A stretch of DNA of 64,000 nt, taken from Enoplolaimus lenunculus (Eukaryota). Below the pieces are notes generated by a model. It was not told the origin of the DNA. It did no database searches and saw only the letters and a program-made list of their open reading frames with translations. Position numbers and translations under genes: made by a program. The stretch spans positions 62,001-126,000 of the forward strand of contig JASANG010002509.1 in the NCBI GenBank assembly GCA_030248215.1. Reading direction: 5' to 3'. Below are positions 1 to 12,135 of the stretch, one piece after another (position 1 is the stretch's first letter; each line of letters opens with the position of its first letter).

Positions 1-1252
1 TACACGCACCGTAATTTAAATTTACTTAAAATTTTAGGGCAATATATTAATAAAATGCAAATATAACAAAATAAACTCTATTTTTCAACATTAATAAACG
101 AATATTGGCTATCTCAATTGTCAAAGTAAATGAATATTTCAAACGCGACCGAATTTCTGTCCAGCCAGTTGGATTTGCTTGCAAAGTCGTGTTCGTTGAG
201 TAAATCAGTTGATAAAAGTTGGTCGTCGTCACGAACTGCACGTATTCCACATTGGATTGCACGCTCTGAAGATCAGTGTTTTGATTACATTCTGCGATGC
301 AACGAAAATTATCTTCAAGCGCCTGTTGACGGTTAGTTTCCGTTTATTGGTTGGTTTTAGCAAAACGTTTTTCTATTCTTGTTTTGTGACTATTTGCAAG
401 CGAAGGACAACGAGACCCTAACACAGGGACGTATATATATGGTATGACGCCTGTTCGTAAGCGTCACATCACTACTTTGGCTCGAAAAATCACTGTTGTG
501 AGCGAATAATAGAGAAAGGTTGATGGTTAAATTTGCTGAAACCTAAAGTATACTTATTCGAATATGCGTAATTAATACCTTTACCGATCAGTTTGTTCTA
601 ATTAAGCTACGAATACACTCTAATTAAGAGTAATTGACATTTATGGACTCTAAGAAAAAATGTTCAGACTCTGTCCGTTTGCGGACTCTGAGTCGAAATA
701 TAGACACCTATCGAACCAGGCTTGGGACGCCGACTCTAGGTACCCCTGACCAGTCACAGGTTCTACTCGGGTCCCAAGAGTTTTTCAAACCTGCACGCCT
801 GGCTAGAATATTGCTGGCTTTGCGAATTACTGATTGGAGCTACAATAATAATACTTTGAAATTAATGTTTTCGTACTGTGAAATCGGCAACCTTTTACAC
901 TATGACACATATTTTGATACAAATTATCATTTTTGAACAAATTTAATTGGTCCGACATTATATATGTTTCAACTTAAGTTTGAAGTATATGCACTGTTAA
1001 TAATTTAGCATTTCAGGTTAGCGTTGATTAAGCTGACATGATTAGGCAAATAACGCTGTATTTGTTAAAATTGACAACAGATCGAAGTTGAAACGATTGT
1101 TGCTAACATTAGCAAATCAATTATTAGCTGCGTAATTTCGTTTCATTTCCGGATCCACCTCCGGCTTTGGCAAATTTTGTTCACCTCCGGCTCCGATTCC
1201 GGTATTTTTGCCTTTAGTTGTACCCTGGTTTCGGCGTGTTTGTTCGCACCTA

Positions 1253-1472
1253 CATTGCAAAAAATGGTGAGTCAAATTGACTATCGGAAAAATAGGCTTT
1301 TTCGGTACTACACAAACTGAGTTAAATTCGACTCCGCCAGAGTCAAATTCGATTAACACTAGTCGCTTAGTGAGTGGAATTTGACTCTGGCGGAGTCCAA
1401 TTTTGACTCAATTTGTGTAGTCCCGAAAAGCCTATTTCGGAGAGTCAATTTGACTTACCGTTTTTTGCAGTG
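1253..1472. mobile_element. CMC/CACTA-like MITE (CACTGCAAAAAATGGTGAGTCAAATTGAC family)
   Basis: Nearly full-length palindrome with 2-bp TSD TA; copies at 17982-18191 (TA), 60480-60738 (TA), 61585-61792 (TG). Confidence 0.75.
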
Positions 1473-1589
1473 TAGTTTCAGGAAAATGTTAAGGTATTAC
1501 TAAAATACGTACTGTAGCATGTGCGGCTATAGATGAGTACATGTAATCTTGTTGCTTTGACCAACATATGTTGATTACAATCTTATATT

Positions 1590-1755
1590 CAGGCCCGAAA
1601 CCAGCTTACCTTGCTAGGGGGGCTAAAACTTTTTCAGAAAGGGGCATTCCAGGGTTTTGATTGAGTTACAAACAAATTTGAAAATTCTCTAGGAGGCCAA
1701 AATTTTTCCAGGATTGGCTGAGCTTCCCTCCTGCCCACCCTTGGCTATGGGATCG
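1590..1755. mobile_element. hAT-like MITE (CAGGCCCGTAGCC family)
   Basis: Perfect 8-bp TSD CTTATATT; related copies near 9970, 12409, 13005, 15713, 38822, 39692, 45689, 58054, 63041. Confidence 0.8.
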
Positions 1756-2024
1756 CTTATATTTCAAAGCATTCAGAAGATACCTTTTGCCCATATCATC
1801 AGAGAGACAGCTTAATTAGCAAGTGTAATGAGGATTTATTTATTCTGAATCTTTGTATGTAAATCAGTGTTTGCAAACGCTAAAATTTCATGCACTCCAG
1901 CATGCATTTTTTACTGGTCATACATGTTACCGTTTGGGGGGACACATTGGTGAAAATCGGAAACAAAACGACAACACTAAAATTGCACGTATTTAAATAG
2001 CAACTCGCTGGTCCGATCATTGTG

Positions 2025-2328
2025 TATATGTCGTAGGCCAAACTGCTATTCAGGCCAATTACTAATTGGCTTAGACCAATCTGCTGTTTTATGTAATAGC
2101 AGTGTGAGCCTGGTCTAAACTGTTATTGAACTTAGAGACCAATCAGATTTGATTATTTGGACAGATGCAAAACCGTTATCCATCTGCGGTGGTATATAGA
2201 TTACTGTTGTTTTGCGAAATCTGACAATCGCAAATTGACCTAGGCCAAATTGCTATTTGCTTCGAATAACAGATTGGCCTAGGCCAATTGGTAATTGTCC
2301 TGAGTAGTAGATTGGCCTACGAGATATA
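2025..2328. mobile_element. Palindromic MITE built of ~22-bp AGGCCAA...TTGGCCT modules
   Basis: TCGTAGGCCAA...TTGGCCTACGA inverted ends. Confidence 0.6.
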
Positions 2329-2345
2329 TATAATATACATATTCA

Positions 2346-2726
2346 TGCCCATGTAAACCTCGCTGCCGTACCAAAATCCCACCATCCTATCGCAATAATT
2401 TGAGGTATAGTCGAAGGTGGGATTTTCGGATTTTGGGATTCGGCGATATGGTCGAAGACGCGTAATTCTCACCTAAGCTTAAGACGGAACCTTGCCTAAT
2501 CCTAAGCCTAACATTGAGCCTTTCCAACTCCTAGACCTAATCTTGAACCAAGGATTGCGTAATCCTAAACTTAAAGCCTAAGACTAAGCCAAAGGAATTG
2601 CTCGCAATGAATTCTTTTGAAATCACAAAATCCCAAAATCTCAATATCCCACTACAAACAAGAGGTATCAATTTTTAATAGCTGGGACGGCAGGATTTTG
2701 GGGCGGTAGTCAAGTATACATGGACC
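2346..2726. mobile_element. GG-terminal (Merlin-like) MITE with long TIRs and a degenerate GCCTAA core
   Basis: GCCCATGTA...TACATGGAC termini, TSD CATATTCA/CATATTTA. Confidence 0.7.
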
Positions 2727-3245
2727 CATATTTATATTAATAGAACTTATACAATTATACGGCCGAATTTGCTTCTAACCGTTTAGAATGATATGTACAG
2801 AAAGTATTTTGCCAGAAACGGTGGATATTATATGAAAACGTGACATTTTTTCTCCAGTCTCTTAACAGATCCATGAAGCTATACCTACAATTAAATCAGT
2901 TATTTTTTCTTGTTACCTCACCATATATACCATCCTGTTCCCTGTGAATAGTTCGTGATTTTGTGTGCCTACTCCAATCACCAACTCCATTCCTAAAATA
3001 TCGTTATTAACGGCCCGAGTGATTTGTTTTGGACGTTGCGTTTATACGTGGGCTGGCTACATTTTTAAACTCAAATCCAGCTTAATAATAATTTAAGCTT
3101 AAGAAATTCCCAAGGATGCTTTTCTGAATTGTTTACCTGATTTGATTGACGCAACATTGCATTTATTAGTAGCGGCTAAAAACGTGGTCATATCGTCAAA
3201 CGTTTCATCATTAACTATCACCAGTTATTGATGGTTCATATAACA

Positions 3246-3633
3246 GTCCGTATTGTCAAATGTGTGTAGCACCTATTACCAGTTGGTGATATTCAGTATA
3301 TTGTTTGCGTTTGATTAGCCCAACTTCTGTACCAATTTTGAGATTGCACAATTTCGTCAGTTTGAAAATTTATCGCTAACTGATAATTTGATGTTATGCG
3401 TTTGATGGGCCAACGTTTGAACCAAAAACTAGTAACGTTCAAACTAGGGTCCCTATTGTCAAATGCATATAGCACCTATCACCAGTTAGTAATAGGTTTT
3501 TAAACTAACGAACTGCTGCAATTTCAGATCTCAAAATTTGCACAATTTCAAACCTTACAATTCTCCGGTTCGAAAGTTACAAGACCTATCACCAACTGTC
3601 AATAGGTGCTGCACGCATTTGAGAATACGGGCT
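3246..3633. mobile_element. MITE family with TIR CCGTATTCTCAAATGTGTGTAGCACCTAT
   Basis: Inverted ends; relatives at 14905-15498, 38235-38740, ~20760-20820, ~60460-60767. Confidence 0.65.
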
Positions 3634-5169
3634 TAGGTTCATGTTGTTGCTTTTCATCTACCCTGTAGCTACTGTGTGAAACGTCAAATCCGTAGCATTC
3701 GAAGTTATCTTGTTCAGGCAGTTATAATCATCAGCCAATGGATGCTACGCACAATTGATAGTACGGCTAATCATACCAGCATGAAGTCAAGTGAAATCTT
3801 TGATTGGGCAACGTTGAAATACAGAAATAATCTCAAAAAATTACATATTTTTAATCAGCTGTGAAAGAGAAGTTTCGGCCTGATTTAAACAAAATTGAAT
3901 TTTTCAATTATTTCGCTGTAAGTCCATAGGTAATTGCAGCGGTCACGTTTGGTTTTGACATTAGCGTTCATTGATATATAAACGAAGAGTGCATCATGCA
4001 AGAGTGTACAACTCTTGCGGTTTTGCATGGTACAAAATGTACCACCGGACGTTGCGTTTCTGCCCGACCCCCCCTTGTTTAGAGTGAGGTCGCTGTCACA
4101 CACAATAACTGTAAATTAAACTGTAAGCGGTTCATTTTCGTTGACCGGATACGTAAAGGGTCATGGTTCGCACAGGACCCCCCTCTAAACAAAGGCGGTA
4201 GTCGGCAAAAACGCAACGCGTGTCGGGTACGTTCGTTCCTACACAGAATAGTTAACCAATTGTATACTCTTGCTGAAGTATGCATCATCCACTGTTGGCA
4301 AACCGAATTAATTTTTTATGCTCATATTCTTTAAGAAAATCACACGTCTTTGACACCTGTTAATCTGTGTCAGGTAAGATAAAATTACATAAAAATTGTC
4401 AAGTTATCTATATTCTAATTTAGCCAAATACTGCAGTGAAACTTTTATTTCGTTTTCAGGTGCTAACCTCGAACTGATTAAAAGCCAGCTGGATGGGACT
4501 AAGTTGTTTCAATTACCGTTCGATGAAATTAATTTTTTTGCGATATTAAAATAATATCAATTAAAAATTATATTCTGGATCGTTGCCGGGATTCGGTTTC
4601 CGGTAGAGAATTCAACCGGTGGATCCGAAGCCGGAAAAAGTACTGTCATAGTATCCCGTCGTCATAAATTACTGCAGCAGATATTTTCGCATTGTATACA
4701 CCGTGTGGTTAAAAGTGCAAAAAATTGCAAAGTTGTTGCAAGAAAAGATTGCTGTCTTACGCTACAGCAATGCTTACAAACTGAAATTTGATACACTGTA
4801 ATCAATGAGACTCCATTCTGTGGGGATGGCCTTGGGTTCATGCACTTGAAAATAAAAAGTACTTCTTTCTAAAGTTTGCCCGGAAACTGCGGAATTTTCC
4901 GCTCAGGGTCGAAACCGCTGTATTTTTATTGATTTTCATGACGCGGTGAGAACGTCTACTCTGTGGCCGCAAGAGAGTGGCCACAGAGTGGGGCGATTCT
5001 AAGGCGTCCAATTTAGCGGTTTTAAAATTTTTAGACCTTCAGTCACAATTACGGGTGCACGCATATGCGGTTGTATTCGAGCTTGCAGTTACCTGGATAG
5101 AGTGGGTTAATAATTTCCTATGCCTACCCGGGGTCTTAGGCGTTTTTACTCCCCCGTCCTGCGCTTAAC

Positions 5170-6400
5170 TGTTACCCCCTATTTGTTACTTATTGTTATT
5201 GTTGTCGTGTTGCTTGGGTTTGTTTTGTTTCTTTTGAATTTCCCGGCTTATGCAAATCAACAGCCGGTTTTTAAAATTTTGATAAAATTTTAAAATTTTT
5301 CGGAAGCTTATGCAAATAAGCTTCGGTTTATGCAAATTTCTGTTAGCCAACATTTTGGGTATAAAAGCAGGTGCTGTCTTAGCACTTCAGGCATTCAGTT
5401 TATTTTCATCTTCACATTGCCAGTATGGCACTCAAACTTTTGCGAATGCCTACTAAGCGTTATTTCATTGTTGTTAATTTGCGTTTTACCGTTTTCATTT
5501 GGTAGTGTGGCCGGCTTCGAGCACAGAAGTCGGCTACGGAAAATTTTATTTTGCGTTACATGTTTCTCGAGTACCGGTGGCCAGAGGCGTCAGCGGTATC
5601 GGGAAATATGATAAAAATTTAACGTGCTTAATATGTATTGGTACTTACAAAATTCTTTAATAATAAAACTCGAAGGTTCAGTTCAAAAGGGGTAGTCTAT
5701 TAGACTTTCCAAGAAGCTTCCGAAACTTTGTAGCAGTTGAACTACAAAGAGAGCTGTTTTACCCTTGTTTGTTACTTTCCTGTTGCTTTTGACGCGTCAA
5801 TCCCCGCTGGACGGGGCTGTTTTTGTTGACTCTGACTCGGACTGGCTCGATTCGCGACCGAGCGAGTCCGAGTTAGAATATGTTGTTATTGTCCGGACTA
5901 GGGATGGATATTTTTCTTTTTCCTTTTTCCTTTTTCTTTTCCCGGCTAATTTTTGGGCCCCGAGTATTGAACGATTGTTGCGTATAGTAAAAATTTCTAC
6001 AGTCCTAAAAATGGACGGTGCGGGTCCCCATTTTTCTTTTTCCTTTTTGACCAAATCCTTTTTACCAAAAATTTATTTTTCCCCGCGCTCCGAATTTTGC
6101 CTGCCCACCGGATGGCGAGGGAGTCTCGCCGCGGTGGTCAGAAGTTTTAACCTGGGGCAGGAAAGCGCGAGGATAAGAGTCTCCTAGCTCCGATCGTTGC
6201 GGCCGAAAAGTCCAGCCGTGGTTCGGCTGGCCGGCTCAGCAGCCGGTTAGACGTTGATTTGATTGCTTGATTAAAGCAATCCACGGATCCGGTGATAATG
6301 GGTATGGACTATAGGGGCACTCTAGGTCTGGGCACGGAATTCCTATCCCGAACACGGCTAAGCAAGCGCAGCTGAGCTGACTTTACAAGTTACTATAACA
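5170..6400 (+). mobile_element. Candidate solo LTR
   Basis: TGTTA...TAACA inverted ends, internal TATA/Inr, GC-richer than flanks; TSD only 3/5 (TTAAC/CTACC). Confidence 0.45.
5250..5400 (+). promoter_or_regulatory. Pol II promoter-like module: three ATGCAAAT octamers, TATAAAAG, Inr-like TCAGTT
   Basis: ATGCAAAT at 5250, 5310, 5330; TATAAAAG at 5360; GCATTCAGTT at 5391-5400. Confidence 0.55.
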
Positions 6401-6516
6401 CTACCATAAGATTGGGATCGCCAAGGATAGGTGGCTCAGGCTTAAGTGCCGGGTCCCAACCTTATACATTCATTTTCTGGCTGGAAGAATATTAATTTTT
6501 TCGTGGTATTTGAACA

Positions 6517-6531
6517 ATAATAATAATAATG

Positions 6532-6589
<58 letters not shown>

Positions 6590-6656
6590 TAATAATAATA
6601 ATAGTAATAATAATAATAATAATAATAGTAATAATAATAATAATAACAATAATAAT

Positions 6657-6687
<31 letters not shown>

Positions 6688-6737
6688 CATAATTATAAGA
6701 AGAATAATAATAAAAATGATAATAATAATAATAATAA
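6517..6737. repeat. (AAT)n microsatellite
   Basis: Direct reading. Confidence 0.97.
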
Positions 6738-6937
6738 GTTAAAATTGCTCAAAATAGCTAAATGATTATGAAAAAATTGGTTATATACGGTAGCAAGGTA
6801 CACTTTATTGAATATAAGAATCTGTTGTATTATGCGAATATCAGTCTGCATTTATGAATGACGTAAACAATTTTTAATATTCAGCTCAATTCTCGTACAT
6901 ACTTAAGCTAAAATTGTGAAAAAATGTTGATTCTTCT

Positions 6938-7548
6938 CGGTTATCCACTCAGCCCGCATATGCCGGAAAATGGTTGCATTTTGACATTTTTTTCGTATAT
7001 TTGAGCTTCTCATGACGTTCTTTGATTATTCCACGCCAAAATTTGAATTTTTGAGAAATTATATTTTTGGTCTCAAGACCTTCCCTTCGAGATCCAAAAA
7101 TTTTTTGTCATTAAGTTAGACAAATTATAAAACATTCGATGCAATTTGCAGAGCTGAGTTTTTAACGATGTTAAAATTTCTGCAATCAGGCGTTTGGCTA
7201 CCGTGTTATGGTCATATAACTGAATTGGCGCCATCCCCAATCGTTGTCAGCGTGCCAAATCAGTTACTTGAACAACAACTCGTTAACCAGATTTCTGACT
7301 GCGGAAAGTTCAACACCATTCGACTCAGCTCTACAATCTGCGTAGAATGGTAAATATTATGTTTAACTTTTCGACAAAAATTTTTTAGGTCCAAAGTTTC
7401 GGCCTTGGGACCTTATAAAATCGAAATTTTAAAAATTCCAAATTTGGGCGTAAAATGATCAGTGAAGATCTTGAGAAGCTCAAATATACAAAATTTTCAA
7501 AATCCAACCATTTTTGGGCAAACGCCGGCTGCGAGCACGTGATTAACA
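6938..7548. mobile_element. Long-TIR non-autonomous DNA element
   Basis: ~180-bp degenerate inverted arms; partial copies at ~30200-30615 and 59035-59300. Confidence 0.6.
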
Positions 7549-9399
7549 GAGTCTAAATAAATTTTCAAACACTAGCAGAATTTTTGGGAAGACTATGCGA
7601 AAAATAGATTCGTAGTTAATCTGTAATTTCAGCTAGAAAAAAACGAGTTATAGCTGGCTCGCTAAATCTCTACTGAGGTCATGGTTGGTCAAACGTATAT
7701 TTTTACAGTTGTTCTAGAGATCAAATTATAGGCTTGTTTTAAACAACTTAGTGCGCTAATTATGCAATTATTTCAATGCTGATTTCGTACACTACGCACT
7801 ATAAACCATACTGATAATTATTGCAGCTAGGAAAAACAGAGTTAGATAGCTATCTCGCTCTAAATTGCTGTTAAGGTCGTTGGAAGTCAAGCGTACAATT
7901 ATGTATTATAATTATTCCACTGCAAACTATACTCAAAACCTACATTTAATATTAATTGCAGAGTGTTTTATTGTATTAACCAGATCGTATAGAACAGAAC
8001 ATTTTAACAAAAATTACGCTCGTCTGTTTGCAAATAAACCAGCAATGCATTCAGTGAATCCACATAAGCGCTTCCAGGATATTAGGCAAAAGTATGACAG
8101 TATAGTCTAGTGGCGAATATTTTAAATTAGCTGATTGCAGCAGGAAGCTTCAACAAATTGATTTGAAAAGTTTGCGGAGGGCATCTGTACTACATTTTGC
8201 GTACCTTAGTCCGCCCCTGTGTGTCGGTTTTGTTTAAATTGAGCTTGGATTGAAAATGTTTTCGTTTCTGTGATCAGTTTTATGGCTTATAAGATCCCGG
8301 TTTTTACCTAGACTGACATAGCTAAGCGATCTAAAATTCGATCCAGTCAAGGTTTCGGTTTCAATGTGTTTAAAACGTCTTCTGCAGTGGTTATTTTAAT
8401 TTATTCTGAAGTCCTATTGACACGTGCAAGTTTTAGCTGCGAGAACTTGCAGCTGCAACTCGCACTTGCAAGTTTTGTCCAATATCCCGTTCGAAAAATT
8501 TACTGCTGCAAATAATTCGTTAAAAATCATAGCTAGGAATTTAGTTCACATGTGTGAATACCATGCAATTTGGCTGAATTAATTGCAGACGCTTTCTCAT
8601 TGGCTGATGAAGAACTGCAACTTCTGCGTGCAATTTGCAGCAGCAAGTTTTCGCTGCTCTGCAAGAGCGCTCCCGCATTTAAGTTAATCGCAACCGGTTA
8701 GTCATTGGCTGATAAAAAAAAATGAAAGTTCCGCGTGCAATTTGCAGCTGCAAGTTCTCGCAGCAAAAACTTGCAAGTGTGAATAAAGCTTTAGGGTTCG
8801 AAGAATTATATTTTCCAATATTTGTTATCAATTTAGCGAATGAAAAACAATCTTCAGCTCAGTTCTGACGCGTTTTTTTGCGTTTTTCTTTCTGATTCGC
8901 CAGTTTGATGTTGTTAAAACCGTTTCAAATTCAAATACGCGGCTCAAACTTTTGCCATGCGATTCCCAATGGCACATAAACTTAAAGCGAACGTCCATAG
9001 AGAGCAAGCAATATAACATAATTTAAAGCATTCACTTACAAGACATTTAAGGTTAGGGTGAAGCTTATAGCCAGGCTTTGGATCAAGCTTAGGATAAAGA
9101 CGTAGCATTAAACTTAGCTAAGCCGTTTTCTATGCCTAAGCTTGATCCTATGCCTTAGACAGTCGCGTGGTGATGTGTACAACAGTTATTTTAGGCGAAC
9201 TTGAATTATCTCATAAGCTTCCAGTTAATTGAAAATGTTTAATGGTTCATGACAAACAGTACTTTTGTTTCGCAGTTTTGAACCATTTCTTTTTCTGCAC
9301 CAGCTTTAGCTTAGGTATAAAACTGCCGCCCTGGATTGTTTCAATGAGGTAACGCAGTAAGTTCATAGCGGTTCCGCAAATGTATATATTTGAAGCTAC

Positions 9400-9402
<3 letters not shown>

Positions 9403-9445
<43 letters not shown>

Positions 9446-9470
9446 CATATATACATATATATTATATATA
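9403..9470. repeat. (TA)n microsatellite
   Basis: Direct reading. Confidence 0.95.
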
Positions 9471-11621
9471 AAGTCATCGAAAACCCTTGTATGCCTCTGT
9501 AGAAATATGTTTAGACCTTCCATCAAGGTGACCTGGCTACCGGCCTGGTTTCTACCTGCTCACTCATACATATTATATCAAGTGTAGGCGTTGAACCATT
9601 CTAAATGGTAACATTATTGTAATTTTGCTACATACTACTTAATCAAAGTGCTAGTATAACATTATACTTTTGCCTCGTTTGATTATTTAAATAGCAGCTG
9701 ACGTACGAGCAAATATATTAACTTGAATAATTATGGTTTGAAAAATTATGGTAAATTTTAAAGTTTCGACGCAGGTTGCAAACGTGCCATATGGCATCTA
9801 AATATTATTTATTATGTTCGAGAAAAATATCTCTATAATTGCCAGAGTATTTTAAGCTAAATTGTAGCTCTTATCGGTGGTATCACGGCATTTTGTGGCT
9901 TGGATAAGTCGTTGAATAAGGGCGCAACAACAGGGGATATATTTCCTGAAATTTCATAAAGCATATAAACAGGCCCGAAGCCAGCTTAGCTTGGTAGGGG
10001 GGGGGGGGTGAAAATTTTTTCACGAGGGTCATTCATGGGTTTTCAATGAGTTACAAGCAAAGTTGAAAGCCATCTAAAAGGGCCAAAATTCTCCTCCATC
10101 AAAAAACATAACCGTGATATCAGCGCAAGTTGTTTGGTTTTACGCGAATTTTCTGCGAAATTTCGGAAATTATTTCCTCAAAATTGTGACAAAAGTAAAA
10201 CGAAACGCGCTAAACACATAAATTTTGCAGAATTATACAAAATTTTACTACCGATATTGCCGGAACCTCCGGCAAAATTTCTACCGGAGCCGGTGACAGC
10301 CTCCGGTGGTACTCTGATATAATAAATATATTATATATATGTATATGTATATATAAGTACTTTGTCTTACCTATTGATTTTTGCAGCTAACAGGCCGTAT
10401 GTATACAAATGTGACAGGCTGTAGAATAATTTGAAGGTAAATAATTTTCTCGCTCAACTCTGTGACCCATTTTACTTTAGTAAATCACTGACATTATTTA
10501 ATGCGGGCCGTACCAATTAATTTGATACAATTCAATACCCCCCCCCCAACGTTTTAAAGGGTTCCGCACAATTCAAAAGATACTATTTCTAGTTGAATTA
10601 TACATTTTTAAATTAAAAGAAAGCATAAGTTTAAATTACCAAAAACAGTCTTGTATACTTTGCAATGAAATTAAGCTTGAAACTTAATTTATGCTATCAT
10701 CAGCAACTAAAGTGTTTAGAGACCGGATTTGGGTTAGCGATCAGATCGTATGAAGATTAAAAGCGAAACAAAGTTGTCCAGTCAAAAATTGGCTAAAAAT
10801 ATAAATATTAATTAAACGCACCTTAAAACGATGTGAATTTCGGTTCAGTCTTATTTTGTTCAATTAAAATACAAACGAGAGTCTCAATTTTGTTAAGTAT
10901 ATTTTCAAATTTATCGCATGTGTAAGCGTATTTTTGAAAAATTCATTTTTGAGCTCAAAGTATGCATTCAGTGTGGCGTCGGTCGTCAGCACATTGGCCG
11001 GGGGGTAGATTTCTATAAACTTTTCTAAGATTTGCTTGTGCTAACTGTAAAAGGTTAAATATATCCTGAACAACAATAAACAAAAGCGGTTTTATTACTA
11101 TTAGCTAATAGGCTACACTCTTGGCTTTGACAATTGCCAAAAAATTATCGACCAAAACAGTTATATTTGACACTACAACACAATCAGTTCTTGGATAGCG
11201 AGAAATTGTCTTAGTTAATAATGAGTCTACGACAATTGGCCACCCGACAACGTGTCTCCTAACAGTATCCTGTAGCCGATTAATTAAGCACATAATCTTA
11301 AGCGTATTCCCAAGCCTAAGCCTGAGAATAATGATGGGTGACGAATTGTTATGATACCGTTAATAATGCTATTATAGCGCTAAAGGTTTTCGGATCATAT
11401 GCCCAGCTTCTGGTTTTTTTGTGTACCTTCGCCTAATTACTATAATGAGCTCGAGGTGGACTGGCTATCTCCTTGCCTATCAGGCAAATATCCGGCGAGC
11501 CGGTGGGAATTTAGAATATCACCAAAGCTAAAAAATCGACATTTGTGCTCCAGAGTTTAGGCCGTTTACAGTGATTTTCTCAAGTGCACCATACTTTTTT
11601 GTTTTCATAGAATTACCCGTT

Positions 11622-12135
11622 AGGGTTACGCTATTCTTTTTTTGACGTGCAGTGCCGTCCGTCACTGTGAGGCACCGTCCGTCACCGTGAGGCACCGTCC
11701 GTCACTATGCGGTATCGTACGCAAATAACTAATGTACGATAACGTAAGGTGACGGATGGTGACGGACGGCACCGTCCGTGACGGATGGTGACGGACGGCA
11801 CCGTACGAGTGACGGACGGTGACGGACGGCACCGTACAGTTGACGGACGGTAACGGACGGCACCGTACAGTTGACGGACGGTGACGGACGGCACCGTACA
11901 GTTGACGGACGGTGACGGACGGCACCGTACAGTTGACGGACGGTGACGGACTGCACCGTACAGTTGACGGACGGTGACGGACTGCACCGTACAGTTGACG
12001 GACGGTGACGGACTGCACCGTACAATTGACGGACGGTAACGGACGGCACCGCACGGGTGACGCATGGTGACGCATGGTGACGCATGGTGACGCATTGTGA
12101 CGGACGTAACCGAACGTCAAGTATAGCGCAACCCT
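11622..12135. mobile_element. GC-rich foldback element with a 31-bp minisatellite
   Basis: AGGGTT(A/G)CGCTAT TIR; CCGTCCGTCA arms inverted around TATCGTAC-N13-GTACGATA; unit GACGGACGGCACCGTACAGTTGACGGACGGT. Confidence 0.75.

Noticed and set aside
130..420. Possible exon of a neighbouring gene at the left edge
   Set aside because: Short open frames on both strands but no recognisable protein motif or convincing splice-site pair
5765..6187. 140-aa ORF
   Set aside because: Low-complexity, TTG start, lies within the candidate LTR; no gag/pol motifs
6442..6765. Poly-Tyr / poly-Ile ORFs
   Set aside because: (AAT)n microsatellite
11662..12120. Three overlapping minus-strand ORFs of 118-152 aa
   Set aside because: Translations of a 31-bp minisatellite cycling through all frames; not genes
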